Below the pieces are notes generated by a model. That model had not been told where the DNA came from. It made no database searches and worked only from the letters and a program-made list of their open reading frames with translations. A DNA stretch of 64,000 bases, from assembly GCA_011364925.1 (NCBI GenBank), contig RDOA01000002.1, positions 32,001-96,000 on the forward strand, read 5' to 3'. The DNA is from Promethearchaeota archaeon (GTDB taxonomy: Archaea > Asgardarchaeota > Lokiarchaeia > Sigyniarchaeales > SOKP01). The stretch's first letter is position 1, and each line of letters opens with the position of its first letter. The translations under genes and the position numbers were made by a program. Positions 22,174-31,890 of this stretch are shown here, piece after piece.

Positions 22174-22809
22174 CTATCCAAGCTCAGACTTTATTAGCGA
22201 AAGTGCTCTATTTGTTCTGATTTCAATCTCTTTAAAGTTTCCAGACGATATTAAGTCCTTCTTTACTATCCAACTTCCGCCACAAGCAATAACGTTATCC
22301 AATTTCAGGTATACAATCAAAGTGTCATCATTAACTCCACCAGTTGGCATGAAACGAGCATTAGGATACGGTCCAGATATTGCTTTGAGCATTTTTGGTC
22401 CTCCAGAAAGATCAGCGGGAAAAAATTTGAAAAAATTTAATCCTCTTTCTAATCCCCACTCAATGAAAGTAGGGCTATTAAGACCTGGAACGATGGGATA
22501 ATCATTTTTAACGCAATAATCGACTACAGTAGGATTAAAACCGGGCGTAACTATGAACTCTGCTCCAGCAAAAATGGCGGCATCAACTTGGTCAATTGTA
22601 AGCACCGTTCCTGCTCCTACTAGCATTTCCGGAAATTTATTTCTTATTAAAGAAATCGATTCTGCTGCTGCTTTAGTCCTAAAAGTAATCTCAATTACAG
22701 GTAAACCAGCATCCATGAGCGTTTTTGCTAAAGGAACAGCATTCTCAGAATCTTCAATTACAGCCACGGGAATCAATTTTAGTTCTTCTATCTTTTTAAT
22801 TACATCCAT
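22174..22809 (-). CDS. eda: KDPG/KHG aldolase
   Basis: IEITFRT, GAGTVL, FIVTPG, KFFPA, FMPTGGV, CGGSW. Confidence 0.95.
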   Translation of the reverse strand: MDVIKKIEELKLIPVAVIEDSENAVPLAKTLMDAGLPVIEITFRTKAAAESISLIRNKFPEMLVGAGTVLTIDQVDAAIFAGAEFIVTPGFNPTVVDYCVKNDYPIVPGLNSPTFIEWGLERGLNFFKFFPADLSGGPKMLKAISGPYPNARFMPTGGVNDDTLIVYLKLDNVIACGGSWIVKKDLISSGNFKEIEIRTNRALSLIKSELG

Positions 22810-22904
22810 AATTAGACTTCATGTATTATGCTTTTTTAATTTTATAAATTACATTAATTTCTGGGACGAAGATTTGGAGTATAATCTTTTAAGACTCTTC
22901 AATT

Positions 22905-23840
22905 TTAGCCATCTAATCCTAATACCAGTAAAATATTATCTATAGCCACTTCCACGGCTCGATCGATGCTTTCGTTCGTAAAAGCCCCTATATGTGGAGT
23001 GCAGATTGTCTGAGGATGACTTATGAGTTCATTAATTTCGGGAGGTTCATTTCTATAAACATCAGTGGCATAGACTTGAACTTTTCTTGTATTTAACGCT
23101 TTAACTAGTTCTAAATCGTCTACAACTTCTGCTCGAGCAGTATTTATAAGAAAGACTCCATCTTTCATCATAGATAAAGCTTTGTGGTCTATAATCGGAT
23201 TTTCTCCAGGAGGAACATGTAGACTAATAATATCCGACTTATTAAATAATTCGTATAAAGATACATATTGGAAATCTTCCGAAGGATTAAATGATTGGTC
23301 TGGATCAAAATCATAACCTAACACTTTCATTCCTAATCCTAATGCCATATTTATCACTCGTTTTCCAATATTGCCACAGCCTATGATCCCGATTATTTTC
23401 CCGTTTATCTCAATACCTTTAATCCGATTCCACTTTCCATTCTTCAACTCTTGATCATGAATAGGGATCGAACGAACGGCACTCAACATTAAGGATATAG
23501 CAAGTTCTGCCACTCCTTGGGCGTTAGAACCCGGTGTGATCTTAATTTCAATATTGAGCTCTCTTGCGGCCTCAAGATCGATATTGTCAGTCCCTACGCC
23601 ATTTCTACTTATTACCATTAAGTTTTTCGAAGACTTTAAAACTTTTTCTGAGATTTTCTCGGTTCCAGCTAAATATGCAACACATTCGGGTAAAAATTGA
23701 AGCTGTTCCTCCTCGGTAGGGCGTCTCCCTGGAGGACCAAATACGAGTTCCAATCCCGCGTTTTCCAGCCTTTTTAAAGCCGGATGCCCATAAAGCGTTA
23801 AAGTTCTTGAACCAATGTAAACCTTATTCACGATATTCAC
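22905..23840 (-). CDS. D-isomer-specific 2-hydroxyacid dehydrogenase (phosphoglycerate dehydrogenase-like, no ACT domain)
   Basis: SRNGVGTDNID, GIIGCGNIG, INTARA, DVYRNEP, TPHIGA. Confidence 0.9.
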   Translation of the reverse strand: MNIVNKVYIGSRTLTLYGHPALKRLENAGLELVFGPPGRRPTEEEQLQFLPECVAYLAGTEKISEKVLKSSKNLMVISRNGVGTDNIDLEAARELNIEIKITPGSNAQGVAELAISLMLSAVRSIPIHDQELKNGKWNRIKGIEINGKIIGIIGCGNIGKRVINMALGLGMKVLGYDFDPDQSFNPSEDFQYVSLYELFNKSDIISLHVPPGENPIIDHKALSMMKDGVFLINTARAEVVDDLELVKALNTRKVQVYATDVYRNEPPEINELISHPQTICTPHIGAFTNESIDRAVEVAIDNILLVLGLDG

Positions 23841-24412
23841 TCACCCCGTTTTGGATTGTTAATTATTTCGGGATTCCCGTTCTTTTCGACGATTATTTTT
23901 CTAAAGCCCTTTGTTTCTATGGTCTTGTAATCGTGTCCTGCGTCTGCCCTAAAGACAAAAAACATGATGAACGGTTCAGATTTAGATATATTTATACTTC
24001 TATGAGCAAACTTAGGAGGGACATACACAGAAATGCCCGGAGTCATCTCTTGTATTTCAGCTTTTCCCTTAAAATGTTCCATAAGTAAATACCCATGTCC
24101 TTTAATGCAATAATATACTTCAGCAGTTTCAAGCTTTTTATGGAAATGCCCTTTAGTCATGAAATACTCGTTACCAACTTTTCCAGGATTAATAATCGTG
24201 GTACCAAATGCTAAATCACTTGATTTTTCTGGAATACCCAATTCATAGAATTCATAAACACATGGGTCTTCTTTCTCAAGAATACTTTCGAAAGCTTTGG
24301 TATCTGCATACATCCCTTTCATGTCTGATAGCATTCTTCTCGTGGGAGTACGATCAGGGGAATACCCATCTTCCAAGCTAAATTTAATCGAAAACGACTT
24401 TTTTTCTTTCAT
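23837..24412 (-). CDS. pgiA: Cupin-type glucose-6-phosphate isomerase
   Basis: PGKVGNEYFMTKGHFH, EVYY, YVPP..AHRSIN, AGHDY. Confidence 0.9.
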   Translation of the reverse strand: MKEKKSFSIKFSLEDGYSPDRTPTRRMLSDMKGMYADTKAFESILEKEDPCVYEFYELGIPEKSSDLAFGTTIINPGKVGNEYFMTKGHFHKKLETAEVYYCIKGHGYLLMEHFKGKAEIQEMTPGISVYVPPKFAHRSINISKSEPFIMFFVFRADAGHDYKTIETKGFRKIIVEKNGNPEIINNPKRGE

Positions 24413-24447
24413 ATTCGTACACTTAATATTTTATTTAACTTTTAAAG

Positions 24448-24714
24448 CTAATTTTGAAAGATCCTCAAACTGGGGTCCACTCGTGGGAAAATCCAAGTAA
24501 AAATTTCAAGAATTTTTCCTCTTGGTTTACCTATCCCTAAATCTGGAAATAGCATCTGACCCCAATCCAATTTTTATCCATCTCTTTCAATCGTCGCAGT
24601 AACTCCACCAATATTCTCATGCTGTTCATAAACGGTTACAGAGTAACCTTCTTTTATAAGAAGCGCTGCAGATGTTAAACCAGATACCCCCGATCCTATT
24701 ACGACTACTTTCAT
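24448..24714 (-). pseudogene. Truncated phytoene-desaturase-family paralog
   Basis: ATG at 24714 reads MKVVVIGSGVSGLTSAALLIKEGYSVTVYEQHENIGGVTATIERDG*KLDWGQMLFPDLG...GKILE, colinear with the N-terminus of 24771-26306; in-frame TAA at the paralog's Tyr position. Confidence 0.85.
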
Positions 24715-24770
24715 ATCGAATTTAAAAATATTTTAATTCCATTAAACTTTTTGAATCTTAGAAAATTGGA

Positions 24771-26306
24771 ATGATAACAATTATGAAAGTCATCGTTATT
24801 GGTTCCGGTTTAGCCGGACTCACCGCTGCTGCTTATATGTGTCGTGAAGGGCATGATGTATCAATTTACGAACAATTTTCTGAAATTGGAGGCGTTACTG
24901 CCACCATTCATAAAAATGGATATTCATGGGATATAGGCCCTCTCTTATTAGAAGGCTTAGCTCCTCACGAAAGACTCGGAAAGATTCTAACTGAATTAGG
25001 AATCTCTGAAAAAATTAACATAATCCACGAGGATCGCGGGCAGGTATTTCCCGATTTTGCAATATGGAGGCCAAAAGAATATGAAGGGAAGTACTGGCGT
25101 AGAGACTACTTTAAACAGTTATTTCCGTCCGAGAGCGAGGGATTGGATAGATATTACCGCTACTACGATCAAATAATGACTCTTATGGCTATTAACAACC
25201 AACTCGAGTGGGCAAAAGGACTAAACGCGATTTGGCTGAAGTTAAAAATTTTGCCAAAATTCATAAAAGCCAAGAAATACATGGATAAGAGCGCTGCAGA
25301 TATAATGGATTCTTTCTTTGACGAACCAAAATTGAAAGCAATTTTCATGGGTATTCTCGCTGATTTCGTTGTTAAACCAAGCGAGTTTCCAGGATTAGGA
25401 GTACCGGTCTCAAATATCGAGACCGCTTTTGATAAGCGTATTCCTATTAAAATTAAAGGTGGAAAGTTACCTGTATATCATTACGTACAGAACGGATGCG
25501 AACAACTAGTAAATGCGTTTGCCGGATATATTAGAGAACACGGAGGAGAAATTCATGTAAATAGCTTGATTGAAGAGATTTTAATAGAAAACTATAAAGC
25601 AATTGGTGTTAAGTTAAAAAATGAAAATGCGATACCAGCAGATATAGTAATTGCGAGTGGCGGTGCTCACAAAACATTCTTTAGTTTAATAGGAAAAGAA
25701 AAACTACCTTTAGATTTCGTAAGAAATGTAGAGAATTTAGTCCATATGGAGTCTGTGTTAATGGTACATATTGGTATCGATTTTGATCCTACTCCCTACC
25801 AACGCGCAGCTTTATGCTACTATTATGGGACTTATGGTATAGAAGAAGCAGTTGAACGGTGTAGGTCGGGCGATTATCACGAAGGAAAAGAGGGATTTTT
25901 GATATATATCCCATCATTTCACTCTCCTGAAATGGCTCCACCCGGACACCACGCCGTAACCGTGTATACAATTGCACCTTATAAACTGAGCAAGGGAGAC
26001 TGGAATTCGCGCAAGGAAGAACTCGCGGATAAACTACTAATTGAAGCAGAAAAAGTAATCCCTGGCCTTCGCGAAGGCGCTAAAACAGAAGTGATTATGA
26101 CTCCTCTAGATTTTAAATCTCGTATTTTTGTTGAAAAGCACAGTTTTGGAGGCTTAGCTCCGATAATGAATCAACAAAGCCCCCCTCATCAAACGCCCAT
26201 TGAAAATTTATGGTACATTGGAGCACAGAGTGAATCCGGTGGTGGCGTTGCAGGAGTAGTGGCAGGAACACGTAAAGGAGTTTTGAGATTATTAAAAGAA
26301 TATTGA
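24771..26306 (+). CDS. Phytoene desaturase/retinol saturase-family FAD oxidoreductase
   Basis: VIGSGLAGL dinucleotide motif, GYSWDIGP, APPGHH, MTPLD, TPIENLWYIG...GGGVAGV. Confidence 0.88.
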   Translation: MITIMKVIVIGSGLAGLTAAAYMCREGHDVSIYEQFSEIGGVTATIHKNGYSWDIGPLLLEGLAPHERLGKILTELGISEKINIIHEDRGQVFPDFAIWRPKEYEGKYWRRDYFKQLFPSESEGLDRYYRYYDQIMTLMAINNQLEWAKGLNAIWLKLKILPKFIKAKKYMDKSAADIMDSFFDEPKLKAIFMGILADFVVKPSEFPGLGVPVSNIETAFDKRIPIKIKGGKLPVYHYVQNGCEQLVNAFAGYIREHGGEIHVNSLIEEILIENYKAIGVKLKNENAIPADIVIASGGAHKTFFSLIGKEKLPLDFVRNVENLVHMESVLMVHIGIDFDPTPYQRAALCYYYGTYGIEEAVERCRSGDYHEGKEGFLIYIPSFHSPEMAPPGHHAVTVYTIAPYKLSKGDWNSRKEELADKLLIEAEKVIPGLREGAKTEVIMTPLDFKSRIFVEKHSFGGLAPIMNQQSPPHQTPIENLWYIGAQSESGGGVAGVVAGTRKGVLRLLKEY

Positions 26307-26352
26307 ATTAAAAATTAAAAAAAGTATAAAAAAAAAAATAAATTAAATTTGA

Positions 26353-27813
26353 CTATAACCCAAGTTCTTTTAGCTTTTTTTTATTCTCTGCTACGACTTT
26401 AGGAGTAAGTGTATAATATTTTCTGAAGATAAGTATTGTAACGAGAACTAGCACTGCTGGTATAATTGCTGCGTGTATTATTATTCCAAAAACTGCTAAT
26501 TGCCATCCTGTTGGATTTGCAGTTATTAAATCTGCTAAAGTAGGAGCTCCTTCTTCAAACCCTGTTAGTGGATGTACAATGCCAAAGACCACTGCAGTAA
26601 AAACTCCACTTAACCGAATGATAAAGGCATTCCACCCATAGTATACTGAGTTCTCCCGTTTGTTATATCGAATCGTTAAATAATCTAATGTATCACCCAT
26701 AGTTGGAGGGTCCATAAACCATTGTCCACCTAACCCAACGCCCCATAAGATCATTGATATAATCCAACCAATAAATCCGAGAAATTGGCCAAAGATTAAT
26801 GGGATAAAGGTTAAAAACATCACCCAGCCAGCTATTAAACTCATCTTTTTATTATCATTAACCTTTTTGGCGAACCTTAACCAGAAATAAATTGAAATCA
26901 ATGCACCAAGTAGCATTCCACCCAAAATTATCGTAAGAACAAAAGGATCTGCATCTAGAACAAATGTTACTACGTAAGGAGCACTAGCTTGGATTAATGC
27001 AGCTGCTGCTTGATAACCGAAGAAAAAAATAACTTTGACTATATATATTCTATTGCTAAGAACCCTTTTCATTGTTTTAAAAAACGGTTCTTTTGAAACT
27101 CCAGTAGCAAGTTCTTTTTGTCTTGCGTAGTAATCCCTCAAAGATTTCTTTTCCCAAACACCTGGGAGCATTGTGAAGAATAATAATATTCCAATCCCAA
27201 CGCAAATCCATGCCATTGTTCTATATGTGTGTACATCACCTTTAGTTACGAGTAAAGGTGGTACGACCATTGCAAGTACTATTCCTATCATTCCTATTAT
27301 TGTTCCAATTCCAGTTGCAGTTCTTCTCTCATTCAGACCTCTAAACTTATCAGGATACAGCGCAGTTGAATTAATATTCCATAATGTAAATAAAGTATCA
27401 TACAGACATAATGAACCTAAATACCAACCAAAAATAGGCCATTGATTTGCCGCTACATCACTAAGCCAAGCAGAAGGAACTAAAAAGATCATAAGATAAG
27501 TAAACAACCACGGAACTGCGAGGAGTAAAATCCACGGTAAACGTTTATAGCCCCATTTTTTTTGCCATGGCATATTCAGCCTTTCTACTAAATAGCCCGA
27601 AAGTGGATCGTTAATAGCATTCCAAATAGAATAAAGAATAAAAGCAGTTGATACTAATAAAGTATCTAATCCGATCTCTACTTCATAAAAATAAAGAACA
27701 AAGATCCCAAAAGCTCCCGTAATCCACTGGCCATAGAGCTGAGAACAACCATAAGACACCATTATTCCCTTCGAATTTTCATACTCTTCTTTCGATTCTG
27801 CCATATCAATCAC
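26353..27813 (-). CDS. MFS transporter, GPH (MelB-like) family
   Basis: WNAINDPLSG, GYKRLPW, ERR.ATG, D..DY...RE..YYG motifs. Confidence 0.9.
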   Translation of the reverse strand: MIDMAESKEEYENSKGIMVSYGCSQLYGQWITGAFGIFVLYFYEVEIGLDTLLVSTAFILYSIWNAINDPLSGYLVERLNMPWQKKWGYKRLPWILLLAVPWLFTYLMIFLVPSAWLSDVAANQWPIFGWYLGSLCLYDTLFTLWNINSTALYPDKFRGLNERRTATGIGTIIGMIGIVLAMVVPPLLVTKGDVHTYRTMAWICVGIGILLFFTMLPGVWEKKSLRDYYARQKELATGVSKEPFFKTMKRVLSNRIYIVKVIFFFGYQAAAALIQASAPYVVTFVLDADPFVLTIILGGMLLGALISIYFWLRFAKKVNDNKKMSLIAGWVMFLTFIPLIFGQFLGFIGWIISMILWGVGLGGQWFMDPPTMGDTLDYLTIRYNKRENSVYYGWNAFIIRLSGVFTAVVFGIVHPLTGFEEGAPTLADLITANPTGWQLAVFGIIIHAAIIPAVLVLVTILIFRKYYTLTPKVVAENKKKLKELGL

Positions 27814-27891
27814 TCAATTCAATAGAAAATTTTTTGTATAAATAATAATATCATTAGTCAACCTTCTATTTAATAATTAATAATTAAAGAT

Positions 27892-28575
27892 ATGAAGATA
27901 ATAATTTTTGAACCCCACCCTGATGATTTATTGTTTGGACCAGGACCTATTCTCCTACAATGGATAAAAGAGGGTGAACATAATATTCATGTTGTAACTG
28001 TTACAGATGGAAGGGCTTGTTATAGGGCTTCTAAAGACATGCTTTCAGAAGACGCTCTGAAAATGACTGAAGACGATGTTGCTGACATGAGGATTAACGA
28101 AGCAAAGCATTCAATAAAATTTTTGCGATTACCGCCAGAAAATCATCATTTATTCAAATTCCACGACGCTGATGGACAAAAATATGTAAAAGAAGGCATC
28201 ACGAAAGCTACACCTTTAATTAACGGATTTGATCGAATAGTGTTACCAAGCAGTCATAACCTTCATGTAGATCACCAAGCTACTCATGATATCGCAATAG
28301 GTGCTGCTAAAGAACTTAATTTAGTAAATGTTGAATATTTCGTTTACTTTATTGCTTCCTACGGAAAATTCAAAGAAGATTCGAAAGATAAGCAATTTAA
28401 CTACACTATCGATGAGGAAACTGCCGAAATTTTAAAAGAGTGGTTAGATATTTATAAATCCCAGGAAAAATTGAAATGGACATGGAAAATGTACTCGCGC
28501 TACCTACGAAAAATACGAACTTGGACTTATGCGAAGTATAACTTTGAAGACATAGGAAAATATTATAACTTCTAA
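27892..28575 (+). CDS. PIG-L/LmbE family deacetylase
   Basis: EPHPDD, VTDG, R.NEA, HVDH, YKSQ. Confidence 0.9.
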   Translation: MKIIIFEPHPDDLLFGPGPILLQWIKEGEHNIHVVTVTDGRACYRASKDMLSEDALKMTEDDVADMRINEAKHSIKFLRLPPENHHLFKFHDADGQKYVKEGITKATPLINGFDRIVLPSSHNLHVDHQATHDIAIGAAKELNLVNVEYFVYFIASYGKFKEDSKDKQFNYTIDEETAEILKEWLDIYKSQEKLKWTWKMYSRYLRKIRTWTYAKYNFEDIGKYYNF

Positions 28576-28610
28576 TGTTATTGCTAAAACCATAAATTTT
28601 GAGAAAAGGG

Positions 28611-28958
28611 CTATTCAGGAAGGTAAAACTTACACACTGTGCATTGCTTTGCTTTTAACCGTCTTTCAGGTCCAAGAATTATGTATTTGCTTTTCATAGG
28701 GCCTCCACATTTAGGACAGCTTTTAACAAAATTCTCTTTTATAGAATCTAAGACAATTTGAATATTTTTCTCGAGTTTTAATAAATCATTTGCATTTTCA
28801 ATAATCCTTTTCGCAGAAATTATGCCAATTCCTTTAATCCACGCTAGATCTTCTGGTTTAGCAATCGCGATTTCTTCAATTGTTTTGACTCCCGCTTTAT
28901 TCAGATTAGTGGCAGCTATAGGTCCAATTCCTCTAATGCGTTCGAGTTCGTTAGACAT
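28611..28958 (-). CDS. Helix-hairpin-helix protein with C-terminal zinc ribbon
   Basis: Two HhH motifs (IRGIGP, IKGIG); CPKCG...CTVC. Confidence 0.8.
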   Translation of the reverse strand: MSNELERIRGIGPIAATNLNKAGVKTIEEIAIAKPEDLAWIKGIGIISAKRIIENANDLLKLEKNIQIVLDSIKENFVKSCPKCGGPMKSKYIILGPERRLKAKQCTVCKFYLPE

Positions 28959-29131
28959 GAGAAAACCCTGAATCTATAAATCCTGCTTGGGACAAGCATC
29001 TATTATTTTAAGAATGGATTAAAATGAATTTTAACCTTCAATTAGTTGAAATTGTAATATTATAATAAATAATGGGAATTCTATAAGATAAAATTTTATA
29101 TCACATAAAAAAAGAAAAAATGATTTAGAAA

Positions 29132-29857
29132 TTATTTTTCTATTTGACGTCCAACTCCATAATACATCATGAACCCTCCAAGAATAGCTAAGATCAATGC
29201 TAATATCCCTGCGATTATCCTAAAGGTTGCATTATTTAAGAAGTTTGATATAAAAATGGCGTACATGAATGTCATTAGAGCTATATATCCAAATATGAAG
29301 AATCTCCATTTTTTCTTTAATTGTTTATCTTCAAACTTCTGATAGATTTTTATCGAGTAGTAAAACGCCGGAATTGCCGCGAAACAAGTTAAAACTAATA
29401 TAATATACAGAAAGAACGGAAAACTCCATACAGGAGTCCAATTAGTCGCAGGGCTGATAGTCAACCCATAACCTGGGAAAAATAGAAAAATCACCATGCA
29501 AAAAACAGCTATAGCGTAGCCAATAAGAATTACCAATTGTTTGCTCGTATTTATTATCTTCTCTGACTTCAGAAGAATTAGATCAAACACTACTATAAAT
29601 ATTGGAGCATAAGTTGACGTAAAATTAGTTATAAAATTGAGCGCTAGGACAACAGTTACATCACTTAACGGGGCGTATATGAAATTTGCTATTACCCCAA
29701 TAACAGGAGAGATATAGAGTGATGCGAAGAATACATTAAGTCGTTTTCTATCTCTTGATAGTATTCTTATTGCTAAATAAAGAAACACAACTGAAATGAC
29801 TCCTTGAGCTACATACACAGTTAGAATTCGAGTAGGCGTTAATTGAGCTAAAACCAT
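29132..29857 (-). CDS. Seven-TM membrane protein of unknown function
   Basis: About 7 TM helices; KKKWRFF corresponds to RWKGRFL in 6991-7773. Confidence 0.7.
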   Translation of the reverse strand: MVLAQLTPTRILTVYVAQGVISVVFLYLAIRILSRDRKRLNVFFASLYISPVIGVIANFIYAPLSDVTVVLALNFITNFTSTYAPIFIVVFDLILLKSEKIINTSKQLVILIGYAIAVFCMVIFLFFPGYGLTISPATNWTPVWSFPFFLYIILVLTCFAAIPAFYYSIKIYQKFEDKQLKKKWRFFIFGYIALMTFMYAIFISNFLNNATFRIIAGILALILAILGGFMMYYGVGRQIEK

Positions 29858-30025
29858 ACTATTTTCACGTTCGGTTTGTTTACTTTTGTAGTTCTATTAA
29901 ATAAATTAGTATTTATTGATTTTTTTATTGTTATTACTAATATTAATTGTAGTTCAATTATTTAATTGTAATTTAAACAAATGATGAAAGAAATAAAATT
30001 ACTTATTTCTTTTATTATAGCAGGA

Positions 30026-30808
30026 TTACAATCTCTCGTAAGAATAATGAGTGTTGCATATTGAAAAGCCTACTTTCTCATATGCATGAATCGCAGGAAT
30101 GTTGGCCACCCTCACCATTATAAAACATTGTTCTTTCTCTTGAAATACACCATCTAAGACCGAAGAGAGTAATGAACTAGCATATCCTTGCCTCCAATAA
30201 TCTGGATGTGTCCCAACAACCGTTACGTATCCTATGTTCTCATATCTCCATACACTAATTATACTTACTAACATGTTATTTTCTGATATTCCGTACCATA
30301 TATTGTTTTCATCAATCAAAATATCATCTGGTTGATTTAAACCCCAGAAAATAGGATCAGCGATTCTCATTAATGAGATTATCTCTATTCTATTAATCTC
30401 ATTCAGTTTTTGAAAATTATATTTCTCAAAATCCTTTTGTTCTCCATTTTTCATGCCCATACGATACAATGCAATTTCTTTTCTATAAGCTGGAAAGAAT
30501 TTTGAAATCAATTCTCGATGGTTATTAAATCCTGTAACAGACTTCGGATTATAACTCTTCCCTGTTAATAAAAATTCAAGCCCTCTAATAGACCCTCTCA
30601 ATTGAATTCTGCGATCTCTCCAAATTAGGATCATTGCTTGAACTTTTTCTTCACCATCTAATGCCATAACTATTTTAGTATTTTCTGGATATTGGGCATA
30701 ATCAACATGGAAAAAGAAATACTTAGCAAAGTTATTTCTAATATAATCATAAAAAATTTCTTCGTTATCCTTAGTTACTTTAACTGATTTCAATTTATAA
30801 TCATCCAT
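30026..30808 (-). CDS. GNAT family N-acetyltransferase
   Basis: VGTHPDYWRQGYA acetyl-CoA motif, NIPAIHAYEKVGF. Confidence 0.9.
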   Translation of the reverse strand: MDDYKLKSVKVTKDNEEIFYDYIRNNFAKYFFFHVDYAQYPENTKIVMALDGEEKVQAMILIWRDRRIQLRGSIRGLEFLLTGKSYNPKSVTGFNNHRELISKFFPAYRKEIALYRMGMKNGEQKDFEKYNFQKLNEINRIEIISLMRIADPIFWGLNQPDDILIDENNIWYGISENNMLVSIISVWRYENIGYVTVVGTHPDYWRQGYASSLLSSVLDGVFQEKEQCFIMVRVANIPAIHAYEKVGFSICNTHYSYERL

Positions 30809-30882
30809 AAAATCTTAAAAGAAAATCAATTCGAGGAATTGGGATTATTTGACTAAAATATTAACTAAATTAAGTGATTCTA

Positions 30883-31071
30883 TTAGCGTTCTTTCCATTC
30901 CTGTCCACATCGCCCACAACGATACTTTTTTCCGTAAACGCGAGGGTAATCGCTGATAATCCGAGTTTTATCCGTAGATTCGTGAATCATATTTTTATTT
31001 TCCTCATCACAAGATGGACAACGGCGGCGACCTTCAGTTTTTTCTATAGTAAGAATCTTATCTTCATCCAT
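30883..31071 (-). CDS. Small zinc-ribbon protein
   Basis: CPSC...CGRCG, 62 aa; in the same orientation as its neighbours. Confidence 0.7.
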   Translation of the reverse strand: MDEDKILTIEKTEGRRRCPSCDEENKNMIHESTDKTRIISDYPRVYGKKYRCGRCGQEWKER

Positions 31072-31197
31072 TTATTTCAACTTTAAGTAGAATGAATTGT
31101 TAATATATAAATAATAAAGTCCTTGCTAATAAAATCTTCTTAGAATTGGATATTCTTTCGTATTGTTCTGAAGATTCGGTTTAACAATATAGATGCG

Positions 31198-31794
31198 TTA
31201 GAAAGAATTACGAGTAGTAGGTTCCTCTCCACTTGATTTTACCCGGTTAAACAAATCTGGATTTAGAAACTTTAATTTTAAATTGATGTAGCTTAACATT
31301 TTATTGAAGAGATCAGTGAGATCTCTCTTTCTATCCTGAATCTTAAAACAATAAAGAAATTCAAGCTCTTGAGTTTTTTGGATTAAGTTAAACTCTGTAA
31401 TATCTTTTTTCTTTGGAACCTTCTTATCTTGAATTAAAAATGTATCCACACCAACTAAAGCTGAGAAGCCATTGAAGATATAATAATTTTTAAAATATAC
31501 ATAATCCTTAAGATTGTAGTTAGAAATAGAATTTATATTATAGAGATTCACTGCTACCAAAATTACATCAAAATGACTAAACTGCTTATTCCTATGGATA
31601 AGATCGTCAAAATTATCGGCAATTGCAATCCGTAGTTTTATAGGGATATTTTCAAATTTAAGAAAGAATTCATAGACTAAACTTTCCGATTTATAATTTA
31701 TCGCCAATTCTTTCAAATAATCGGTAAAAACCTCTAGCCTAGAATCTTCAGTTCCAATTAGACCCAAGTTTATTGAAAATACGATATCCTTCAA
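31198..31794 (-). CDS. Degenerate Ras-like small GTPase fold protein
   Basis: Strand order like Rab (INLGLIG; IPIKLRI; DVILVAVNL; SALVGV; FCFKI) but no GKT, DxxG or NKxD; TTG start. Confidence 0.5.
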   Translation of the reverse strand: MKDIVFSINLGLIGTEDSRLEVFTDYLKELAINYKSESLVYEFFLKFENIPIKLRIAIADNFDDLIHRNKQFSHFDVILVAVNLYNINSISNYNLKDYVYFKNYYIFNGFSALVGVDTFLIQDKKVPKKKDITEFNLIQKTQELEFLYCFKIQDRKRDLTDLFNKMLSYINLKLKFLNPDLFNRVKSSGEEPTTRNSF

Positions 31795-31890
31795 ACGGTC
31801 TCAATTTCAAAAATAATTATTAAAGCCTTTAATTTAACAATATAATAATATAAAGCAAATATTAAATATTGATTTAACTATCTCACCACC

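Noticed and set aside
22905-23840. Assigning serA
   Set aside because: No ACT domain and a sugar-catabolic context; substrate uncertain.
24574-24576. Stop-codon recoding in the desaturase fragment
   Set aside because: The stop is TAA (not TGA/TAG) and homology ends shortly after, so decay is the simpler explanation.
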